DNA of 64,000 nucleotides from Desulfamplus sp. (GTDB lineage Bacteria > Desulfobacterota > Desulfobacteria > Desulfobacterales > Desulfobacteraceae), in assembly GCA_015231615.1 (NCBI GenBank), contig JADGBE010000014.1, positions 3,196-67,195 on the forward strand, written 5' to 3'. The notes under the pieces are model-generated. The model was given only the letters and a program-made list of their open reading frames with translations. It was not told the DNA's origin and searched no databases. The translations under genes were made by a program, and so were the position numbers. Positions 40,560 through 48,582 of the stretch are shown here, one piece after another. How positions within the stretch are numbered: position 1 is the first letter of the stretch; each line of letters starts with the position of its first letter.

Positions 40560-42356
40560 TTAAAAATAATACCATATTGTTTCATAATCTGATACGTCCT
40601 CACCTGCATCATTAAGCCTGATAAGATAGTCAAGTATAGGAACATCTTGACCAATATGTGTGGATATGCCTCTGGTAATATTTTTTTCCCATGGATGAAA
40701 TTCATATAACCTTGTTCCATCAGGAAGAACAGAAATCAGCTCCCTGTGCTGTCTTGCTCTTAGATAGTTTTTACCCATTCCAGGAACATTATAAACAGCT
40801 TCATCAGTTCGTGAAATACCGGGAAGTAATCTTGCCTCCTCTTTTTGTTCCTGAAGCAGACGAGCTATAGGTACGCGATACTCAAGAGTCTCCTCTTTTC
40901 CCTTTGTATTAAAGGAATAGTAAGGCTCAACTCCTATACGGGTAAGATTTCTTCTAAGATAAGCTGCTTCAAAACGCCGTGAGGTGAAGAATGTATAGAC
41001 AAGCTGGTTAAAAACGGAGATTGACTTTGATCTTAGCATCTCTACAGCCTTTGCTGTGTCAGGGGTAATTTCATAAGAGTGTTGAATATGTGTTACAACT
41101 GCAATCTGACATTGCCCTGATTGCTTATATTTATCAAGAATATTGACAAGATTCTCTGTAATTCTCATGGGTGCTGTTACAAGAGTTCTTGTTCCAATAC
41201 GGATTCTCTCCACAGAAGGTATCTCTGCAACCCCTGCAAGAATCCGCTCAAAATTCACATCATCCATTCCAAGAGGATCGCCCCCTGTGATAAGAACTTC
41301 ATGAATAGCAGGATGTTCCTTAATCCATTTTAAAGCATCAATAATCTTCTCTTCTGAAGCCATTGATCCTGGCATCATAGCATCTTCTATTTCCCAGTTT
41401 CTCTGACAATATACACATATCTGAGGACAGGTATTAAATGGCTTGAAAATGCAGATAGACGGATAACGCCTTGTGATCAGATCTATCGGAGAGGTGTCTG
41501 TTTCTCGCATAAAATCAAGACAAGAACGATCTTTTTTACCATATTCCGATACCTGATCCACATAACTTGAAGGGGGAAGCACCTGTGCCCTTATCGCACA
41601 ATCCCTTCCTGAATCAGGGTCTTCATCCATAAGAGAGAGATAATATGGTGTTATGCCAAACGGGATACGGACAGTTTTTGCCATTCTCAAAGCTCGTGCC
41701 TGATCAGAAGTAAGATTTACAAGCTGCTGAATCTTATCCGCATCCCGCATAACGTGGCTATATTGCCATCTCCAGTCATACCAGTTCTCTAAAGAGCCAT
41801 TGAGTATCTTCAGAATATGATCACGCCTTTTCTCTCTTCTTGCAACAGAGGTACTTTCAAGTCCATCAGAATATCTATTCATATATTTTGAAACCTCTTC
41901 TGACAGAGTATCAAGCTGGCTGCTTCTCTCTATAGCAGCCTCTCTACCTTCCATCTCACTTGAAGCAAGATGGTAATCAGCAAATTTCGGGCGTGGACTT
42001 CTTCCATGAAGTCCTAAAAAAAGATAGAAAATTTCTGCATAAAATGCTGGTGTCAAATCAGGTCTTGGAACATTGCGGGCAATATCAGATATTGCCTGAG
42101 CAACAGAAAACTGTGATTTTTCTTCTGAACGGAATGTAAAAAATTGGTTGATAACCTGTGCACAATCCCTAACACGAATAAGTCTCCCTTCACTTAATGA
42201 GGCAAAGTCATTGAAAGTCTCATACTGCATTGTATGGACATATTCTGCTGCTTTTTTACGAAATTCATTAATATCATCGTATTGGCGGGCAATATCAAAA
42301 ATTTCAGGGATATTGGATAAAAGATATTCTGGGCAATATTTGTCTGTATCAATCAT
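40560..42356 (-). CDS. Long KamA-family radical SAM aminomutase (glutamate 2,3-aminomutase-like residues)
   Basis: DWRWQ, ITPYY, CPQICVYCQR, LITGGDP, RIGTR and the PLP lysine in PGMGK. Confidence 0.88.
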   Translation of the reverse strand: MIDTDKYCPEYLLSNIPEIFDIARQYDDINEFRKKAAEYVHTMQYETFNDFASLSEGRLIRVRDCAQVINQFFTFRSEEKSQFSVAQAISDIARNVPRPDLTPAFYAEIFYLFLGLHGRSPRPKFADYHLASSEMEGREAAIERSSQLDTLSEEVSKYMNRYSDGLESTSVARREKRRDHILKILNGSLENWYDWRWQYSHVMRDADKIQQLVNLTSDQARALRMAKTVRIPFGITPYYLSLMDEDPDSGRDCAIRAQVLPPSSYVDQVSEYGKKDRSCLDFMRETDTSPIDLITRRYPSICIFKPFNTCPQICVYCQRNWEIEDAMMPGSMASEEKIIDALKWIKEHPAIHEVLITGGDPLGMDDVNFERILAGVAEIPSVERIRIGTRTLVTAPMRITENLVNILDKYKQSGQCQIAVVTHIQHSYEITPDTAKAVEMLRSKSISVFNQLVYTFFTSRRFEAAYLRRNLTRIGVEPYYSFNTKGKEETLEYRVPIARLLQEQKEEARLLPGISRTDEAVYNVPGMGKNYLRARQHRELISVLPDGTRLYEFHPWEKNITRGISTHIGQDVPILDYLIRLNDAGEDVSDYETIWYYF

Positions 42357-42390
42357 AATGTGCTACCTCCTATAAAACTGTTAATTAGCA

Positions 42391-42477
42391 TTTATTGCGA
42401 AGCTCAGGTTAATACCCGCCCCTTGGGGCGTTGTAATGTTTTTAAGATACCCCGCCGCTTGCGGCGGGGAGTTTCAT
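42391..42477 (+). mobile_element. Two-hairpin repeat family C, compact copy
   Basis: tttattgcgaagctc..cgccccttggggcg..gataccccgccgcttgcggcggggagtttca. Confidence 0.65.
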
Positions 42478-42503
42478 AAATAAAAAATCTCTTAAAATTA
42501 AAT

Positions 42504-42573
42504 TTACCTCCTGCAAAAACCGAATTTGACCCTTGATTTTATTAGATAAAAATTTAGTTCCACAGGAAGTTTA
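42504..42573. mobile_element. About 70-bp MITE family B, copy 4
   Basis: acctcctgcaaaaac...gttccacaggaagt. Confidence 0.65.
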
Positions 42574-42754
42574 ATTAAATAAACCTATTATGATGTTATA
42601 AACCTTGTCAAGACGTAATTAAATTAGCATTATATGTGGCAATTTAGATGTTGTTAGGTATATTTCAACTTGAGCTATGCTTATTTGTCTATATTTTCTT
42701 ATAGTTGAAGATGGTTAGATTTTTAATCTTTTTAAGCAGTCTGAGGTAAAAACT

Positions 42755-43171
42755 ATGAAACATTACAGAAAAGAGATTTTCCTTGAAGTTCCAACAAGAC
42801 GTGCATTTATTAATATCACCCCACAAGTTGAGGCGATTCTTAAAGAGAGTGGCATAAAAAACGGGCTGCTTTTGTGCAATGCTATGCACATTACAGCATC
42901 AGTTTTTATAAATGATGATGAATCTGGTCTTCACCACGATTATGAGGTGTGGTTAGAAAAAATAGCTCCGCATGAGCCAGTCTCTCAATATCGTCATAAC
43001 GGCTATGAAGACAACGCAGATGCCCATATAAAGAGGCAGATAATGGGGCGTGAGGTTGTTGTTGCAGTTACTGATGGAAAACTTGACTTTGGAACTTGGG
43101 AGCGTATATTTTACGGCGAATTTGATGGCAGAAGAAAAAAACGGGTTCTTGTGAAAATTATTGGTGAGTAA
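42755..43171 (+). CDS. YjbQ/UPF0047 family protein
   Basis: HITAS, NADAHIK and [13 protein letters not shown] motifs. Confidence 0.9.
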   Translation: MKHYRKEIFLEVPTRRAFINITPQVEAILKESGIKNGLLLCNAMHITASVFINDDESGLHHDYEVWLEKIAPHEPVSQYRHNGYEDNADAHIKRQIMGREVVVAVTDGKLDFGTWERIFYGEFDGRRKKRVLVKIIGE

Positions 43172-43229
43172 AAAGTTATTAGAAAAAACGGTAGCGTTAT
43201 TGAAAACATATTTATTTAAGGAGATTTTT

Positions 43230-44714
43230 ATGAAAAATCCAATTAATGTATCAGGTAGATTTGAAAGAAATTATAGAAAAAATTTTGTATTTAAACCTAT
43301 TAATATGGTTTGGTTTATGTTTGTGGTGCTTTGTTTTACAGCATTGCCAGATAATTCATTTTCAAAATCAGTTCCTATGGTGCCAGCAACTTTTAGTGAT
43401 ATTGCTGACGAGGCAAGAGCTGCTGTTGTAAATATACGAACGACAAAAAACCTTAAAGGTGGTGGACGAGTTTTTAACCATTTCTTTGGTCAACCTTTTG
43501 GTGGAGATGAGATGTTCCGTCAATTCATGGAACCTTTTATGAAACAACAACCAAGAGAGCATGAGCAGAACAGCTTAGGCTCTGGTTTTATTGTAAGTCC
43601 TGAAGGCTACATTGTAACTAACAACCATGTTATTGAAGGTGCAGATAGCATAAGCGTAAAGATGTATGATAACAAAGAGTATAGTGCAAAATTAGTTGGT
43701 CGTGATCCTAAAACCGATCTTGCATTAATTAAAATAGATGCAAAAGGTCTTACCTCTCTAAAACTTGGGAACTCTTCTGATTTAAAGGTTGGAACATGGG
43801 TTGTTGCAATTGGAAGTCCATTTGGTCTTGAGCAGACTGTTACTGCTGGTATTGTCAGTGCTAAAGGAAGAATCCTTGGCTCTGGCCCCTATGATGACTT
43901 TATACAGACAGATGCCTCAATTAATCCGGGTAACAGCGGAGGACCTCTTCTTAATCTTGAAGGTGAGGTAATCGGAATAAATACAGCTATAGTACAATCT
44001 GGACAAGGTATCGGTTTTGCCATTCCTTCTGACCTTGCAAGGGGAATTGTTGAGCAACTTAAGAGTTCAGGTGAAGTTACACGAGGATGGCTTGGTGTTG
44101 CAATTCAAGATATTACTAAAGAACTTGCCGAATATTATGGAATTACAAACCGTGAAGGTGCATTAGTTGGGACAGTCTATAAGGATCACCCAGCAGACAA
44201 GGCTGGAATAAAGGCGGGTGATATGATAATAAAAGTTAATGATAATCCTGTAAAATCAAGCCGTGATTTATCATCTTCTATTGCAGGACACGCTGTTGGA
44301 GAAAAAGTTGATATTACCTTTATTCGTGATGGACAGGTAAAAACAGTTAAAGTTACATTGACAAAACGAAATGACTCTGAGCAGTTTGAACAATCTTTAT
44401 CTCAATCTCAATCAGAAAACGGGCAATTTGATGAATTGGGTATGAATTTAAGTGTTATTAATGATGAGATTGCTTCAAGATTTGGCTATGACCCAAGAGC
44501 AAGAGGTCTTGTTGTTATTGACATTGAACCTGACAGCAAGGCTGCGGTTTCTGGTATTAGGGTTGGAGATGTTTTAAGAGAGGTAAATCACAGACCTGTT
44601 GACAATATAAATCAGTATAACTCTATATTGAAGCAAACTCAAAAAGGGGCTTCTCTTCAGTTGCTTTTTATAAGAGGAAATGCAAGTTTTATAGCTGTAA
44701 GGCTTGTTAAATAG
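43230..44714 (+). CDS. DegP/DegQ (HtrA) serine protease with two PDZ domains
   Basis: TNNHV, TDLAL and INPGNSGG motifs; start after AAGGAG. Confidence 0.93.
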   Translation: MKNPINVSGRFERNYRKNFVFKPINMVWFMFVVLCFTALPDNSFSKSVPMVPATFSDIADEARAAVVNIRTTKNLKGGGRVFNHFFGQPFGGDEMFRQFMEPFMKQQPREHEQNSLGSGFIVSPEGYIVTNNHVIEGADSISVKMYDNKEYSAKLVGRDPKTDLALIKIDAKGLTSLKLGNSSDLKVGTWVVAIGSPFGLEQTVTAGIVSAKGRILGSGPYDDFIQTDASINPGNSGGPLLNLEGEVIGINTAIVQSGQGIGFAIPSDLARGIVEQLKSSGEVTRGWLGVAIQDITKELAEYYGITNREGALVGTVYKDHPADKAGIKAGDMIIKVNDNPVKSSRDLSSSIAGHAVGEKVDITFIRDGQVKTVKVTLTKRNDSEQFEQSLSQSQSENGQFDELGMNLSVINDEIASRFGYDPRARGLVVIDIEPDSKAAVSGIRVGDVLREVNHRPVDNINQYNSILKQTQKGASLQLLFIRGNASFIAVRLVK

Positions 44715-44852
44715 TATAACCTCTTAGAACCTGTTTAAAAGTTATCTTTAACGTTTAAACATTATATTCTGATTATAACGGTTTTGCAATGCTTGATATT
44801 TTACAGGATAGATTAAGTTATCCATTAGTCTTAATAATGCTTTTTAATAACA

Positions 44853-44988
44853 TTCCCTGATATTAGTGCTAAAATCAACTTATCAGGGAAAATTGACCTG
44901 ATAAGTTGTTATCAAGGAAATGCTTCCTTGATAATATGGAATTGAAGGTATTATCAGGTAAGAATGACCTGATAATCAATGGTTAGCA
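44853..44988 (+). other. attI-like recombination region: seven alternating CC(T)TGATAA half-sites ending in a G^TTAGC core
   Basis: Half-sites at 44853, 44880, 44895, 44909, 44924, 44951 and 44967. The final CCTGATAA-TCAATGG-TTAGC has TAA-7 bp-TTA geometry. Confidence 0.6.
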
Positions 44989-44998
44989 TGGACACGGT

Positions 44999-45445
44999 AT
45001 GAACAGAATTCGATTAAAATATGTTTTTTTGTCAGGAGTGTTTCTTTTTATATTTAGTTTTCTTTGTGGGATATTTTCATTTCCATATCCCGACTTACCA
45101 CCGGAAGATGTAAATATACATAACTTTTTTGCATCTTTGTTTCTGTGGAGTTTTTGTGGTGGCATAGGGTTAATGCAAATAGCTATCATCGTTGGGATAA
45201 TAAAAGTGCTTTACAATAATTTGGCATCCATGTTTAGCGGATTTTTAGTTGGAATTTTTCTTGTAGTTTTTGGGTACTTTTACGGAGTGTACTTTGCCTT
45301 ACCTCTTCCGAATCCACCCGAAGGAATATTATGGGTATTTCATTTTTTTGCAAGCCTAACAGTTTTTTTGGTTGGCTTAGGATTGTTTCTAATTATTCTT
45401 AAAAATTATTTAGCTAACGAGGTATTGAAGCGGACAAGCCGCTGA
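44999..45445 (+). CDS. Cassette-borne small membrane protein with an internal duplication
   Basis: Four hydrophobic segments; FPYPDLPPE..HNFFASL recurs as LPLPNPPE..HFFASL. Confidence 0.75.
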   Translation: MNRIRLKYVFLSGVFLFIFSFLCGIFSFPYPDLPPEDVNIHNFFASLFLWSFCGGIGLMQIAIIVGIIKVLYNNLASMFSGFLVGIFLVVFGYFYGVYFALPLPNPPEGILWVFHFFASLTVFLVGLGLFLIILKNYLANEVLKRTSR

Positions 45446-45459
45446 ATGCGGCGTTAGAG
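45412..45459 (+). other. Integron attC site (48 bp, very short)
   Basis: AGCTAAC-GAGGT-ATTGAAGC-GGAC-AA-GCC-GCTGAAT-GCGGC-GTTAGAG. R'' GCTAAC is complementary to the cassette start G^TTAGC at 44982. Confidence 0.78.
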
Positions 45460-45512
45460 CATGAATATTTAAACAGGCTCTTAATAGGACTTACCAGCAA
45501 TTTGAATCTTAT

Positions 45513-45565
45513 GCCCCGAAATAAATTTCAGGGTTAAACTTACCAGAAGTCAGCTAAATCTGACT
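45513..45565. repeat. REP-like hairpin pair
   Basis: gccccgaaataaatttcagggt and agtcagctaaatctgact; same architecture as 8478-8533. Confidence 0.45.
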
Positions 45566-45590
45566 ATTATATCCCAAATGTGAGATTTTA

Positions 45591-47057
45591 ATGTTATTTA
45601 ATTCACTATCTTTTGCCCTGTTTTTTATCCTTTTAACAGGGCTTCATTTCTCTTTGCCCCACAGATTCAGATGGATATTGATTTTAGCTGCAAGCTACTA
45701 TTTCTATATGTGCTGGAACGTGGGGTATATTCTTCTTATTGCAACTTCTACATTGATTACTTGGTATGCAGGACTGAAAATAGAAGGTGCGTTAAGCAAT
45801 AAGAGAAAAAAACATTTTCTAATCGCAAGCCTTGTAGCCAATCTTGGTGCATTACTCTTCTTTAAATACTTTAATTTCTTCACCACATCTCTTTTTCAAA
45901 TATCAGCTAAATTTAATCTATTTACTGGATATGAAGCCCCTTTACTCCACATTATGTTGCCAGTTGGAATATCTTTCTACACCTTCCAGACAGTTAGCTA
46001 CACAATTGACATCTATCAAGGCAAAATCGAGCCAGAAAAGCATCTTGGTATATTTGCCCTTTATGTAGCCTTTTGGCCCCGAATTGTTGCTGGACCAATT
46101 GAGAGAGCTGGAAAACTTATACCTCAGTTTAGAAAAGTAATCTCATTTGACTATTCAAATACAACTGACGCTCTTAGGTTGGTTTTGTGGGGCATGATAA
46201 AAAAAGTTGTGATTGCTGACCAACTTGCAGTTTACGTTAATCAGGTCTTTGATAATTGTGGCGATTACACAGGATTTCCTCTGATTATTGCCTCAATATT
46301 CTTTACAATTCAGATTTATTGTGATTTTTCGGGATACTCTGATATGGCTATTGGAACAGCCAAAGTTATGGGATATGAACTAACTGAAAACTTCAGACAC
46401 CCATATTTTGCAGCCTCATTGCGTGAATTCTGGCAGAGGTGGCATATATCGCTCTCAACATGGTTTAGAGATTATGTTTATATTCCTCTTGGAGGCAAGA
46501 GAGTTGTAAAATGGCGATTTTACTATAATCTATTTATCACATTTTTAGTGAGTGGACTTTGGCATGGTGCTAATTGGACATTTGTAATATGGGGCGGTTT
46601 GCATGGTCTCTATTTAATTATTGAGAATATTGTTGAAGAATTTTTCAGCAATATTTTTAAAACTACTTGGAATAGTATTGAAAACACCACCTTTTATAAG
46701 GCTATCCGTGTTGCAATAACATTGTTTTTGGTTAATTATGCGTGGATTTTCTTTAGAGCAAATACTGTTTCTGACGCATTTTCAATAACAGGTAAGATGT
46801 TTATATTTGATTTTAAAAACTCATCATCTCTTATTGAGAATATTGTTGTAGTTGAACCATCTTCATTTATTCTTAGTTTAGCTCTTATACTCTTTCTTAT
46901 TGTTGTTGAGTTCAAAGAGCAGACAATCAAAATTGAGAACTATGTTGGAAACCTGCCATTTGTAGCACGTTGGTCTATCTACACTTTAGGACTGTGGGCG
47001 GTCATCATTTCAACAGTTTTTGGTGTAAAACAAGAGTTTATCTATTTTCAATTTTAA
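45591..47057 (+). CDS. MBOAT O-acyltransferase, AlgI/PatA-like
   Basis: MLFNS, LPVGISFYTFQ, DFSGYSDMAIG, FWQRWHISLS and GLWHGA motifs. Confidence 0.93.
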   Translation: MLFNSLSFALFFILLTGLHFSLPHRFRWILILAASYYFYMCWNVGYILLIATSTLITWYAGLKIEGALSNKRKKHFLIASLVANLGALLFFKYFNFFTTSLFQISAKFNLFTGYEAPLLHIMLPVGISFYTFQTVSYTIDIYQGKIEPEKHLGIFALYVAFWPRIVAGPIERAGKLIPQFRKVISFDYSNTTDALRLVLWGMIKKVVIADQLAVYVNQVFDNCGDYTGFPLIIASIFFTIQIYCDFSGYSDMAIGTAKVMGYELTENFRHPYFAASLREFWQRWHISLSTWFRDYVYIPLGGKRVVKWRFYYNLFITFLVSGLWHGANWTFVIWGGLHGLYLIIENIVEEFFSNIFKTTWNSIENTTFYKAIRVAITLFLVNYAWIFFRANTVSDAFSITGKMFIFDFKNSSSLIENIVVVEPSSFILSLALILFLIVVEFKEQTIKIENYVGNLPFVARWSIYTLGLWAVIISTVFGVKQEFIYFQF

Positions 47058-47129
47058 GGCTTAAATATTCTATATCAAATCAATTCGAGCCATGGCTTTG
47101 GCTTAAGGCGTAAAATCAGGTGATACTAA

Positions 47130-48101
47130 TTGGATAGCCAATCAAAAAAAATTATATTAAAAATAATAATATTCTCTATTCTAAATCTTGTTATTATGTT
47201 GAGTTTGCTCCTCTTCTTTTCAGGCAGCAACAGAGATATAAAGTTCAAAAATTGGGAAACAGAGTCAAATCTTCTTGTAACAGGTGAAAATGAACATTAT
47301 GATGTGGCAATTCTTGGCACTTCAAGAGGTAGAGTGTTTTCTCGTGATTCAAACCATCTGACGATGGAGAGTGTTCTTGGCAGAAAAGTTGTAAATCTCT
47401 CTAAAGGTGGTGGAGGTGGTCTTATGCCAGCAAAGATTCATCTTGCCCATTTCTATAGAAGAGGAAACAGAGCTAATCACGTTATCTATTTTATTGACCC
47501 TTGGATTTTTTTCTGTCCCATAAATAATGAGAACAACACATTTTTTTTAAAAGATGAACCTTTTGAGATTTATATTCTTTTTGATCTGATTTTAAATGGC
47601 TTTCCATCACAACGAATTACTTCATATTTGCAGATGATAGCGGTTGATGACTGGAAAAGTATCAGCAAATACGCAGCCCCAAACCTTGATAAGCTAACCC
47701 TTAAAGCAATTGATCCTGTTAAACTTGAAGAGGCAAGAGAACACTATCTTGGATTATACGAGCCTGATAAATTTGAACACTATAGCAAATTTATAAATGA
47801 TATTAACGGATTGGCGAAAAAGCATAATAGCAAAATCACATATATAATGCTTCCTATTTTGATGAGAGATTTTCCGGGAGCCAAAGAAGTTGATGCAAAA
47901 CTTAAAAAGATAATCAATAAAGAGAGAGCCAATGATATTAATAATAATGAGACTAATAGCAAAATAGGAAAGCAAGAGAGTTTTCAATATTATAACTTGA
48001 TTGATGAAATGCAAGATAGACACTTTTTTTATGACCACATGCACTTTAATAATAAAGGGGTTGAATATTTCACAAAAACTTATTTAAAACCTATTTTATA
48101 A
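47130..48101 (+). CDS. SGNH-like periplasmic partner of the MBOAT
   Basis: N-terminal TM, ILGTSR and C-terminal DHMH (DxxH). Confidence 0.7.
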   Translation: MDSQSKKIILKIIIFSILNLVIMLSLLLFFSGSNRDIKFKNWETESNLLVTGENEHYDVAILGTSRGRVFSRDSNHLTMESVLGRKVVNLSKGGGGGLMPAKIHLAHFYRRGNRANHVIYFIDPWIFFCPINNENNTFFLKDEPFEIYILFDLILNGFPSQRITSYLQMIAVDDWKSISKYAAPNLDKLTLKAIDPVKLEEAREHYLGLYEPDKFEHYSKFINDINGLAKKHNSKITYIMLPILMRDFPGAKEVDAKLKKIINKERANDINNNETNSKIGKQESFQYYNLIDEMQDRHFFYDHMHFNNKGVEYFTKTYLKPIL

Positions 48102-48114
48102 AAAAGAGATAAAA

Positions 48115-48582
48115 ATGTTAACAACAATCGAAAAAAAAGTAATCTCCTCACTTCAAGGCAATATTCCAATAACCCATCGCCCTTTTCTTGAACTTGCAGA
48201 AAATATTGGAATCTCTGAAGAGCAATACCTTGAGATAGTTGAGAGCTTAAGCCAACGTGGCATTATTAGACGTTTTGGAGCAACTCTTAAGCATCAAAAT
48301 TCAGGATTTAAAGCTAATGCTATGGTTGCTTGGAACGTTGATGAAGAGAAAGTTCAAGAGGTTGGAAAAATTATGGCATCTTTTGGCGAAGTAACTCATT
48401 GCTACCGAAGAAATCCAGCCCCAACATGGCAATATAATCTATACACTATGGTTCATGGTCCAGATGAAGAGACCTGTTACTCCATTGCTGCAAGAATATC
48501 AGAGGCAACAGGTGTAAAAGAATACTCGCTTCTATTTAGCACAAAAGAGCTTAAAAAAACTTCAATGAGTTATTTTGATTGA
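48115..48582 (+). CDS. ahbB: Siroheme decarboxylase subunit beta
   Basis: RRFGATLKH, ANAMVAW, HCYRR, YNLYTMVH and ELKKTSM motifs. Confidence 0.88.
   Translation: MLTTIEKKVISSLQGNIPITHRPFLELAENIGISEEQYLEIVESLSQRGIIRRFGATLKHQNSGFKANAMVAWNVDEEKVQEVGKIMASFGEVTHCYRRNPAPTWQYNLYTMVHGPDEETCYSIAARISEATGVKEYSLLFSTKELKKTSMSYFD

Larger units (their letters stand above)
44727..45480. mobile_element. Non-autonomous IS5-like element carrying an attI-like site and an integron cassette
   Basis: TIRs GAACCTGTTTAAA / TTTAAACAGGCTC (12/13), TTA on both flanks, no transposase. Confidence 0.72.
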
